From positions 1 to 56,930 of the IMG/VR virus record IMGVR_UViG_3300034374_008818: a DNA stretch of 56,930 nt, one strand, 5' to 3'. This DNA is from a virus (lineage: Duplodnaviria > Caudoviricetes). Of the stretch, positions 46,126 to 53,078 are shown piece by piece. Position 1 is the first letter of the stretch. The number at the start of each line of letters is the position of its first letter. The translations under genes and the position numbers were made by a program. The notes beneath the pieces were generated by a model, which worked only from the letters and a program-made list of their open reading frames with translations, was not told where the DNA came from and ran no database searches.

Positions 46126-46186
46126 ACAACAAGCACGCACAGTAGGATATACTTTGAGCTAGAATATATCTAGTTGAAAAAATATA

Positions 46187-46678
46187 GTGAAGAAAAATCC
46201 TATTCCCAAAGAAGTCAAAGAACTGTTTGAATACAACCCAGAGACAGGTGAACTTACTTGGAAAAAACATCCAAGGCTTAAAGGTAAGCCTGCGGGAACT
46301 ACTCGTAAAGACCGTGGTGGTCTAATACTACAGTTCAAAATAAATGGTAACCACTACAGGTCTCAAGGAGCTCGCATTATCTGGTACTTACAAACAGGTG
46401 AAGACCCTGGCGACAAATGTATAGACCATATCAACGGCAATAGAAATGATAATCGTTTTAAAAACCTGCGATTAGCCACACATCGTGAAAACTGTTGGAA
46501 CCGTCGCGGCACCAGAGGTTATTGGCGCAATAGAAATGCTTGGCGGGTAGACATTCGTTATGACGGACGCACTTTAGTCTGCGGTAATTTTCAAACTGAA
46601 GAAGAGGCAGCAGCTTTCTATAAAGAAAAAGTATTAGAATTTAGAAAGGAATTTGTGCCTCTTAAAACAAACAAGTGA
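46187..46678 (+). CDS. HNH homing endonuclease with AP2-like C-terminus
   Basis: FEYNPETG.LTWK, IDHINGNRNDNRFKNLR, GNFQTEEEAA. Confidence 0.9.
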   Translation: MKKNPIPKEVKELFEYNPETGELTWKKHPRLKGKPAGTTRKDRGGLILQFKINGNHYRSQGARIIWYLQTGEDPGDKCIDHINGNRNDNRFKNLRLATHRENCWNRRGTRGYWRNRNAWRVDIRYDGRTLVCGNFQTEEEAAAFYKEKVLEFRKEFVPLKTNK

Positions 46679-46679
46679 A

Positions 46680-47255
46680 ATGTCTTATCAGTTAGTCGAT
46701 GGTCTTTATCAAGTTCCTCTAATCGACTTTGGAAAGCACCTACAATCACGTGGGTGGAATGTTGGTGAGCACTCTGCTTTTGGTGGTAACAGCGGTGGTC
46801 ATGCAGACAACAGCTATCACAATTACGATGAAGCTATTGATATTACTTGGAAGAATAATCAATACGGAGACTTTGACCCTAGCGGTAAAATTGGTTGGGC
46901 AGACTGGACAGACCAGTTAGGCAGTCGTCTTAAAGGTGCTGGACCAGAAGTCTTTCACCGTAGTAATGATCCTAATCACGGTACTCACGTTCACTTTGCA
47001 GCAAAAGGTGGAGTACTTACGCTAACTCCAGGTCAAATGAAAGACTTTGGATTGATTACAGATGGTGAGCCAATCGCTCCAGCTGGTGGCAGCACTAAAA
47101 CTAATGATAATCGTTCTCAAGCTAAAGATAAAGCCAAAGCTTATTCGTCAATGAGTAAGTCAGAAATGAACGCTGCTTATGATGCTATGCGCAGTCAACC
47201 CAATGCAGCAAAAGAAGGGATGAAGATGCATAAAGCGTTTTTCAATAAACCTTAG
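46680..47255 (+). CDS. Putative Zn peptidoglycan peptidase (M15-like)
   Basis: H..NSYH....AID...H.THVH motif; ATG 46680. Confidence 0.6.
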   Translation: MSYQLVDGLYQVPLIDFGKHLQSRGWNVGEHSAFGGNSGGHADNSYHNYDEAIDITWKNNQYGDFDPSGKIGWADWTDQLGSRLKGAGPEVFHRSNDPNHGTHVHFAAKGGVLTLTPGQMKDFGLITDGEPIAPAGGSTKTNDNRSQAKDKAKAYSSMSKSEMNAAYDAMRSQPNAAKEGMKMHKAFFNKP

Positions 47256-47289
47256 TTGTTAAAATAGTTGGAGGTATTTAATATTTGTT

Positions 47290-47589
47290 ATGGCTGATAG
47301 GGCACAAGCTAAGTCAAAGGCACAGTCCTACGGCAAAAGTAAAAAGAAAGGAGCTATGGATGGAATGACCGTGAAAGGCGGTCATAAGTTATCTGTAAAA
47401 GAAGGTGCCGGTTTAACTCAAAAAGGACGCGATTCTATTAATCGCCGTACAGGTTCAAACCTCAAAGCACCTGCACCTAACGCAAAGCCTGGTACCAAAG
47501 ACGGTAACCGTCGTAAGTCCTTCTGTGCACGCTCACGTGGATGGACTGGTGAACGTGGTAAAGCCGCTCGTCGTCGTTGGAATTGCTGA
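47290..47589 (+). CDS. Basic phage protein (DUF6321-like)
   Basis: GLT.KGR..INR.TGSNLKAP...RRKSFCAR. Confidence 0.7.
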   Translation: MADRAQAKSKAQSYGKSKKKGAMDGMTVKGGHKLSVKEGAGLTQKGRDSINRRTGSNLKAPAPNAKPGTKDGNRRKSFCARSRGWTGERGKAARRRWNC

Positions 47590-47684
47590 TGTCTAACAAG
47601 AAAAAAGCTCAAGAATTTTTTGAGATGAAAAAAGAAAAAGCCAAAGAAAAATGTGGCTGTAAACACTCTAAAGGTACTAAGTGA
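47589..47684 (+). CDS. 31-aa Lys-rich peptide, not in ORF track
   Basis: Hand-translated; TGATG-coupled at both ends. Confidence 0.55.
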   Translation: MSNKKKAQEFFEMKKEKAKEKCGCKHSKGTK

Positions 47685-48022
47685 TGCGTTTCGCTGGAGA
47701 TAAGCTAACGAGGTTAAGCAGTCCTTTACCTCCGTCCCCTCTTCATAGTCGATTTGGTGAAAACCTGATGTCGCCATATGAAGGAGTAGGAAATAACGGC
47801 GTGATGCAGCTAGCAGATGCACAGTTTACTGCTGATGTGATTGATGCAGCAGCTAAAGGTGGCGTTAGTGGTTCTGGTGCAAGAGCAATGCCACGTTCTG
47901 GTGTAGGTGGCGGCGGTGCAGCTATTGGCAGTGAACAGTTAGAGGACATATATTTAAACAACGATGATTCAGACTTTGGTACATACGACCCAGCTGAACG
48001 TTCATTCTTCCCTGGTGTTTGA
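47684..48022 (+). CDS. Hypothetical protein starting MRFAG
   Basis: ORF track; ATG 47684 coupled to the previous stop. Confidence 0.65.
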   Translation: MRFAGDKLTRLSSPLPPSPLHSRFGENLMSPYEGVGNNGVMQLADAQFTADVIDAAAKGGVSGSGARAMPRSGVGGGGAAIGSEQLEDIYLNNDDSDFGTYDPAERSFFPGV

Positions 48023-48396
48023 TTATGTCTGACGGTATCGCTAAAAAGAAATCGCCTGAGAAATGGGCGCAAGCTAAAGCTAGAGCTAAAGCCAAGATGG
48101 GTGGTAAGCACAGCGCTCGTGCTATGCAACTAGCCACCAAGTACTACAAAGATAGTGGTGGCACTTACGAAGGTAAGAAGCCTGACGCTAAGTCCAACAA
48201 AATGAAGAAGTGGACTAAAGAACGCTGGACAACAAAATCTGGTAAGAACTCTACAGAAGGACCTAATGCGACTGGCGAGCGCTATTTACCTAAAAAGAAA
48301 ATAGACGCTATGAGTGATGCTGACTACAAGCGCACTAGCGACAAGAAGCGCCGCGACACTGCAAAAGGTAAGCAGTGGAGTAAGCAGCCAGATTAG
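48019..48396 (+). CDS. Basic phage protein (DUF5872-like)
   Basis: SARAMQLA..YYK..GG.Y, KWTKE.W.TKSG, ERYLPKK. Confidence 0.7.
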   Translation: MIMSDGIAKKKSPEKWAQAKARAKAKMGGKHSARAMQLATKYYKDSGGTYEGKKPDAKSNKMKKWTKERWTTKSGKNSTEGPNATGERYLPKKKIDAMSDADYKRTSDKKRRDTAKGKQWSKQPD

Positions 48397-48452
48397 AAAT
48401 ACTTATTAGTCAGCACGATATGAGGTGCTAAGGTACAGCTGGCAACGTCTTA

Positions 48453-48480
48453 ACCGAGGGTTCGAATCCCACCCTCTCCG
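48453..48480 (+). mobile_element. attP core: 3' end of a tRNA (Ser-like)
   Basis: ACCGAGGGTTCGAATCCCACCCTCTCCG = T-arm plus acceptor 3' strand; no 5' half upstream; 72 nt before the integrase. Confidence 0.8.
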
Positions 48481-48491
48481 TTAAACACACT

Positions 48492-48516
48492 AAAGCCCAC
48501 ACATCGTGGGCTTTTT
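48492..48516 (+). terminator. Rho-independent terminator after the tRNA fragment
   Basis: AAAGCCCAC-acatc-GTGGGCTTTTT. Confidence 0.8.
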
Positions 48517-48552
48517 CAATAGGTTATCGATAGGCGTTGCTTATACCTACCG

Positions 48553-49341
48553 ATGGCTCAAATGAAAGTGCACGAACTAGCGACCAAGCTAGAGAAGCTT
48601 TACAAACCCACAGCCAGTACCTACAGCTATTGGCAAAAGTCAATCAAACCAATTGCACACCTCAGCCTCCAAGACATATCTGATGAGGTGGTGCTTGATT
48701 ACAGGGTCAATGGTCTTGAGACACTGTCGGAGGGCACACTTAAAACACGCATCGGTTATCTCAAAGGTCTGTGGAACAAGGCACGTAAGTGGAAGCTAAT
48801 CAAAGGTGAGAACCCTTGGCAGTACGCGGATGATGGCCTTTCTCATAGGCGTAGAGACCCCGAGCTCTACCCTTGGGAGCACTACGCTTACTACCACGAT
48901 GACCCTTACTTCGTATGCCTGTGGTACACAGGATGCCGCATCGGTGAAATTGCAGGAATCTACAAAGAGAACGTCGTATTAGATGCGCCCATCCCTTATT
49001 TCAATTTTGTACATCAAGATAATAGGCGCCTTAAAAATGATGAGTCTGTAAGAAAGGTACCCATACACCCTGCTTGTAGGCCGTATGTGAGTGACCTTTA
49101 TCTATCTAAAGCAAGGTCACCTGGTCGTAGCTGGAGTGAGACCTTTCGTCAGAACATGGGACTACCACCTGGGGATGCAGCCCATAGTCTCAGACATAGT
49201 TTTACAAGCAGGATGAACGAAGCAGGCATTATTGAGAGAGTTCAAGATGCCATACTTGGGCACGCGTCACCTTCTATAACAAGCCGCTACGGTAGGGTAA
49301 CTTTATCGATGATGGACAAAGAGATACAAAAGCTACAGTAA
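48553..49341 (+). CDS. int: Tyrosine recombinase/integrase
   Basis: YTGCRIGEI (R), LKN (K), HSLRH, LGH, RYG (Y). Confidence 0.92.
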   Translation: MAQMKVHELATKLEKLYKPTASTYSYWQKSIKPIAHLSLQDISDEVVLDYRVNGLETLSEGTLKTRIGYLKGLWNKARKWKLIKGENPWQYADDGLSHRRRDPELYPWEHYAYYHDDPYFVCLWYTGCRIGEIAGIYKENVVLDAPIPYFNFVHQDNRRLKNDESVRKVPIHPACRPYVSDLYLSKARSPGRSWSETFRQNMGLPPGDAAHSLRHSFTSRMNEAGIIERVQDAILGHASPSITSRYGRVTLSMMDKEIQKLQ

Positions 49342-49459
49342 CTACCGTAGTTTCTATATACCTATTATTTAAATCCTGTAGCTATCTATAGATGAATTAT
49401 TTTAGAAAGGGTTAGAAAAGAACGTAGTTAGCGTAGCAACGTAGTGTGTAGAATAGATA
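49333..49459. repeat. 130-bp CTAC/GTAG inverted-repeat element, copy 2
   Basis: Aligns with 4309-4439 (TAACTAC.GTAGTTT.CTATATACC...TGAATT.TTTTAGAAAGGGTTAGA.AAGAA.GTAGTTAG.GTAGCA.CGTAGT); overlaps the int stop codon. Confidence 0.85.
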
Positions 49460-49478
49460 AAGAATTACCATTTATACT

Positions 49479-49619
49479 ATGGCCATCCTAGAATCCGCTG
49501 CTTTTTGGATTATTGTTGCCGCTGCATCTGAGTTGATTGCACTGAGCCCCATGAAAGATAACAGCATTATTCAACTGGTGCTGCACACTCTGCAATCACT
49601 AAAAGGAAAAAAGAGCTGA
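49479..49619 (+). CDS. 46-aa holin-like membrane peptide, not in ORF track; -1 frameshift extension to 49873
   Basis: MAILESAAFWIIVAAASELIALSPMKDNSIIQL...GKKS; ends on A AAA AAG. Confidence 0.75.
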   Translation: MAILESAAFWIIVAAASELIALSPMKDNSIIQLVLHTLQSLKGKKS

Positions 49620-49865
49620 ACATACCCAGCGATGGTCACTGGCTGTTTAGGTTTAATACCAGCAGTCAGTACAGCAAAGTTCAAAGATACATCAAACGCA
49701 AAAAGTTTTATGCAACCTTACCGCATAAGCTAGACAATGCTATTGATGATTACAAAAAAGAAACTGGGTACACTCAACCATCTACAACATCAACATTTAA
49801 AGAAACTGGTACGTTTGGTCAAGACGGCTGGAGCATTCAACGCAAATTAAAACAAGACAAACACG

Positions 49866-50108
49866 ATGCTTGAAGCAATTATTCCATCAGTCATCGCCAT
49901 TCTGAGTGGTGCTGCTGTATTAACAAATAGAATTTACGCAAGGATTACTGAACTCGATAAGCGTATTGATACGGTTGAACTATCAATGGCACAAGCTTAT
50001 GTGTCTAAAGGTGACTTCAAGATTGTGCTTGACCGGGTAGAAAGTCATATGATTCGTATTGAAGACAAGCTTGATGCACTTGTTGCCAAAGGCAGTAGTC
50101 AATACTAA
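49866..50108 (+). CDS. Single-TM coiled-coil protein (lysis-associated, probable)
   Basis: N-terminal hydrophobic helix followed by heptads. Confidence 0.7.
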   Translation: MLEAIIPSVIAILSGAAVLTNRIYARITELDKRIDTVELSMAQAYVSKGDFKIVLDRVESHMIRIEDKLDALVAKGSSQY

Positions 50109-50178
50109 AGAGAATACATACAACATAAAGAGACGCAAGTTAGTTAACCTTAAGCTAAGTTGCTAACTAACAACTTTT

Positions 50179-50628
50179 ATGGGTATTGCTGAAGACTGGT
50201 CAGACCTTATGTTTGACCTCACCTGTCTCTCTAAGCAGGTCGCTAAACGCAAGTTCCGAAAGTCAATTAAATACGGCTGGGGTGGACTTTGTGCTTATTG
50301 CCGTTGTAATCGAGCGACAACACTCGATCATTTAAAACCAAAAAGTCGAGGGGGGAATAGCCTGAGAAGTAACCTTATCCCTGCCTGTCATGACTGCAAT
50401 CACGCTAAAGGTTCACAACATTGGTTAGTATGGTTCCAAGAGCAGACGTTTTATAACGAAACTGCAAAAGAACTAATTGAAGAATGGATTTCCAACAAAC
50501 GTTTTATAGAGGAAGAATTAGATGAATCAGTTAACTCTAGAGCAGCGCTTCGCTCTGAGTCGAGCACGCTACGAGGTCTCGCGGATGAGCCGCCCAGCTT
50601 TGGAGAAGACTGCTTTGCGCCTGCTTAA
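50179..50628 (+). CDS. HNH endonuclease
   Basis: CAYC...TLDHLKPKSRGG...NLIPAC..CN..KG. Confidence 0.9.
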   Translation: MGIAEDWSDLMFDLTCLSKQVAKRKFRKSIKYGWGGLCAYCRCNRATTLDHLKPKSRGGNSLRSNLIPACHDCNHAKGSQHWLVWFQEQTFYNETAKELIEEWISNKRFIEEELDESVNSRAALRSESSTLRGLADEPPSFGEDCFAPA

Positions 50629-50851
50629 AACAAGGATGGAGCAAAAGAATGGTGTACAGCAGACGCTTTTAGACAACGGCATTATGTTTAAGATTGACGA
50701 CCGCCAAGGTGGTCTGCCAGAGATTATCTCGGAAGAAACATTCATCGATTTACTTGAGATGAATATGGAAGAAGATGAAATCTCAACAGACATTATGGAT
50801 GAAGGATGGGAAGACGATGACCTTTCAGATGATGGTCTTATGATTGGCTGA
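50522..50851 (+). CDS. nblA: NblA-like phycobilisome degradation protein with acidic C-terminal extension
   Basis: LTLEQRF......V..MS...L......L....M matches the NblA LSLEQQF pattern; GAGGA RBS. Confidence 0.6.
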   Translation: MNQLTLEQRFALSRARYEVSRMSRPALEKTALRLLKTRMEQKNGVQQTLLDNGIMFKIDDRQGGLPEIISEETFIDLLEMNMEEDEISTDIMDEGWEDDDLSDDGLMIG

Positions 50852-50886
50852 AGTTAGCTAGACTAATTTTAGTTAACTCAAACCAT

Positions 50887-51114
50887 ATGTACTACGTCCT
50901 CAGTGGTGTATTGGCATTGCTACTCAGCGCCAAGTACACAAAATATATGAACGATAAGCACCAAGAAGAATACAAAGAGCTGCTTGCCAAAGTAGAGCTA
51001 GTAGAAAAACGCAATAACGATATCGACAAAGAGATGCTGCAGAAGGTAATGACAACCGTCCTTCCTATTGCTAAAGCAGTCAACAAGCTCAACAATGAAG
51101 TAGGTATTCGATGA
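50887..51114 (+). CDS. Single-TM coiled-coil protein
   Basis: 75 aa, hydrophobic N-terminus. Confidence 0.7.
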   Translation: MYYVLSGVLALLLSAKYTKYMNDKHQEEYKELLAKVELVEKRNNDIDKEMLQKVMTTVLPIAKAVNKLNNEVGIR

Positions 51115-51314
51115 GGATAGACCTTCGTAAATTCTTTGAAGCATACGAAGGTAGTCCACATCAACTAGCAGCAATCAATCAGTTAGCAGATGAGATGCCT
51201 GATGAGCTGCTAGATAAACAATGTGATTGGGTTATATGCTTTGAAGTTGATGGTGAAGTAGACCCAACCCCTGCTTATAGAGCCAAAGGTTACAATATAA
51301 ACGTACCGTGGTGA
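51111..51314 (+). CDS. Stand-alone copy of the endolysin N-terminal domain
   Basis: FFEAY...HQLAAINQL..MP.ELL..W resembles FFKYY...HQVTAVEDL..LP.ELK..W of 45091-45792. Confidence 0.65.
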   Translation: MRIDLRKFFEAYEGSPHQLAAINQLADEMPDELLDKQCDWVICFEVDGEVDPTPAYRAKGYNINVPW

Positions 51315-51320
51315 GCCGTA

Positions 51321-51599
51321 GTGAAGTCTACAAATCTACGAAATAAGCCAATTGATAGACGTCGTTTATCAAAGCAGGACAGAGAGCAGTATCAACCGAA
51401 GAATCGGATGACAGCTGTAGCAAAAGCTCGTGCTCGTAAAGGTCAGCTTGCTTGGAAAGAGAATACTAAGCAAGGTAGGCAGGAGCATAACCCTGGTACT
51501 GGCGGCTTTGTACAGGGCATTTCACTGCAACAAGCACGCTTACGTGAAGAAGGTGCAAAGGTTAAGAGAGCAGAAGCGTTACGACCACAGTCCCTTTAA
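51321..51599 (+). CDS. Basic hypothetical protein (92 aa)
   Basis: ORF with TACAAT 30 nt upstream. Confidence 0.65.
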   Translation: MKSTNLRNKPIDRRRLSKQDREQYQPKNRMTAVAKARARKGQLAWKENTKQGRQEHNPGTGGFVQGISLQQARLREEGAKVKRAEALRPQSL

Positions 51600-51612
51600 T
51601 TACAAAAAAGAT

Positions 51613-51637
51613 AAAAAAAAACCTCCTGTTAAGGAGG
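51613..51637 (-). terminator. Rho-independent terminator of the DUF4278-like gene
   Basis: Minus strand CCTCCT-taac-AGGAGG followed by T9. Confidence 0.8.
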
Positions 51638-51646
51638 CTATGAAAG

Positions 51647-51829
51647 TTATTTTATGTAAGTGTGACCTCGATAAACGAAGGTGCCGTGTGCAGTTTCACA
51701 CGGACGATTAGGTACATAGTGAACACCACGATAAGCAGTGTCGTGAAGCTTTGCGCGTTCGAACTCTTTACGAGCACGAATCATTTCTTGGCGAGCCTTT
51801 TCAAGACCCATTACTTGAACAGTAGTCAT
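51647..51829 (-). CDS. DUF4278-like small protein
   Basis: Two YRG..Y motifs (AYRGVHY, VYRGHTY); GGAGG RBS. Confidence 0.8.
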   Translation of the reverse strand: MTTVQVMGLEKARQEMIRARKEFERAKLHDTAYRGVHYVPNRPCETAHGTFVYRGHTYIK

Positions 51830-51857
51830 TTGGAAACCTCCTAGTGTTAGAAAACTT

Positions 51858-51908
51858 CCCGTTCCTTCAGCCCTGTCTGGCTTACTTGCGTCCCGAAGGA
51901 TGAACGTA
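51858..51908 (-). ncRNA. Downstream-peptide (glutamine-II) riboswitch
   Basis: Minus strand CGTTCA-TCCTTCGGGA-CGCAAGTA-AGCC..GGCT-GAAGGAACG; P1 CGTTC/GAACG; 5' of a DUF4278-like gene. Confidence 0.85.
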
Positions 51909-51971
51909 CTTACTATTAATGTAGCTATTTATACAAGTTCACGGCGAACTTTTTGTAGGTCTTTACTTTCT

Positions 51972-52074
51972 ATTCTTATAAACAGTGGTCTCACTTCGTA
52001 AACGATTGAGCTCTTCAGTACCTTCCATTCTTATATTCAAAGGTCTCATTTCGTAAACGATTGAGCTCTTCAGT
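51972..52074. repeat. Imperfect tandem duplication, 55-bp period
   Basis: ATTCTTATA...GGTCTCA.TTCGTAAACGATTGAGCTCTTCAGT at 51972 and 52027. Confidence 0.9.
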
Positions 52075-53046
52075 CCTTTTAGTCGCTTCTTGCATAAAAG
52101 ATTTTTGATCGGGAGTGAATTTATTAAAGTCTTCAGGCAGCTGTTGGAATCGTGTTTGATCTTGTTTGTGCAACCCTTCAAGCTCAGTGATACGCTGATC
52201 TCGTTGCCCTTGCTGGAAAGCACCAATACTATTATGGATTGCCGCAGCGCTAGATCTGAATAAGCCACTTGGATCTAAACCATCCCACATTGTGTACTGA
52301 CCTTCTTGTCGTTCCTTGTTACCATATCTAGACCCCTGCGTATTAATACTAGAAACTGTTTCACTAGCATTATTTTTGTGGTCACTAAAAACAGTTGGAG
52401 AATATTGAACCCGGTAGCGTTCTGCTACATCTTCTTCTTTAGCATCAGCAAATTGTCTAGCTACACCAGCAGCAATATTAGTAGGTTGAATAAGTCCAGA
52501 GTTAAGGCCTTGAATTTTACCAATTTCAGTTAAAGCACGGCCAAGGACACCGACACTTTGTGTAAACCGTTCACCACCTTGACGTTGGCTTTTATCTAAA
52601 TGACCCAGCTCATGCATTAAAGTACCAAGATTTTGGTTATTTACGAAAGTTTTATTGTTGTAAGGATTTGCATAAGCACGGTTACCATAAGTAATTGGAT
52701 CAACTTGTTCTGCAACTTTAGCGAGTATATTTCGATCGTTACGCTGAACAATAGAAGCTCCAGTATTTGACTGCTGAAGCAGAGTTTTTGCAGCAGGAGT
52801 TACGTTGCCATTAGTATCAAATACAGGATCAGTAGATTTACCAACGATACCTCTGTAGTTTGGAGCCTGTGGCCTACCAAAGACTTGGTCAATTTTTTCT
52901 CCAGCCCAACGCTGCACCCTTGCAACAGGGTTCATATTGGCTGAGGCGGCTGCGTTGTAATCGTTATACAGCTTGCCGTCATCAGCCTTGTAATAGTTCC
53001 TTTGCTTACCAGTCTTAGGATCAATTCTAGTTACGTTAGCGCCCAC
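52015..53046 (-). CDS. Hypothetical protein with HExxH zinc-metallopeptidase motif
   Basis: TLMHELGH...KEEDVAE; TAGAAT 31 nt upstream. Confidence 0.7.
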   Translation of the reverse strand: MGANVTRIDPKTGKQRNYYKADDGKLYNDYNAAASANMNPVARVQRWAGEKIDQVFGRPQAPNYRGIVGKSTDPVFDTNGNVTPAAKTLLQQSNTGASIVQRNDRNILAKVAEQVDPITYGNRAYANPYNNKTFVNNQNLGTLMHELGHLDKSQRQGGERFTQSVGVLGRALTEIGKIQGLNSGLIQPTNIAAGVARQFADAKEEDVAERYRVQYSPTVFSDHKNNASETVSSINTQGSRYGNKERQEGQYTMWDGLDPSGLFRSSAAAIHNSIGAFQQGQRDQRITELEGLHKQDQTRFQQLPEDFNKFTPDQKSFMQEATKRTEELNRLRNETFEYKNGRY

Positions 53047-53078
53047 AGTATTATTTCAATACAGTATTTCTATTCTAA

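Noticed and set aside
48390-48480. Complete tRNA gene
   Set aside because: Only the T-arm and 3' acceptor strand are present; no GGAGAG 5' strand, D-arm or anticodon arm upstream.
48492-51637. Hairpins at 48495 and 51622 as further hairpin-N12-TGT elements
   Set aside because: Similar stem or GTTA loop, but no ACA at the 12-nt distance and clear U-tracts after genes, so treated as ordinary terminators. They do show that the terminator reading of the early hairpins cannot be dismissed.
34448-52078. Diversity-generating retroelement (Mtd_N-like domain; near-identical repeat pair at 51972/52027)
   Set aside because: No reverse transcriptase in the window; mismatches between the repeats are not adenine-specific and the unit is only 55 bp.
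51963-52268. 101-aa minus-strand ORF overlapping the HExxH gene
   Set aside because: Alternative frame that is meaningful only in its last 18 codons, which come from the tandem duplication.
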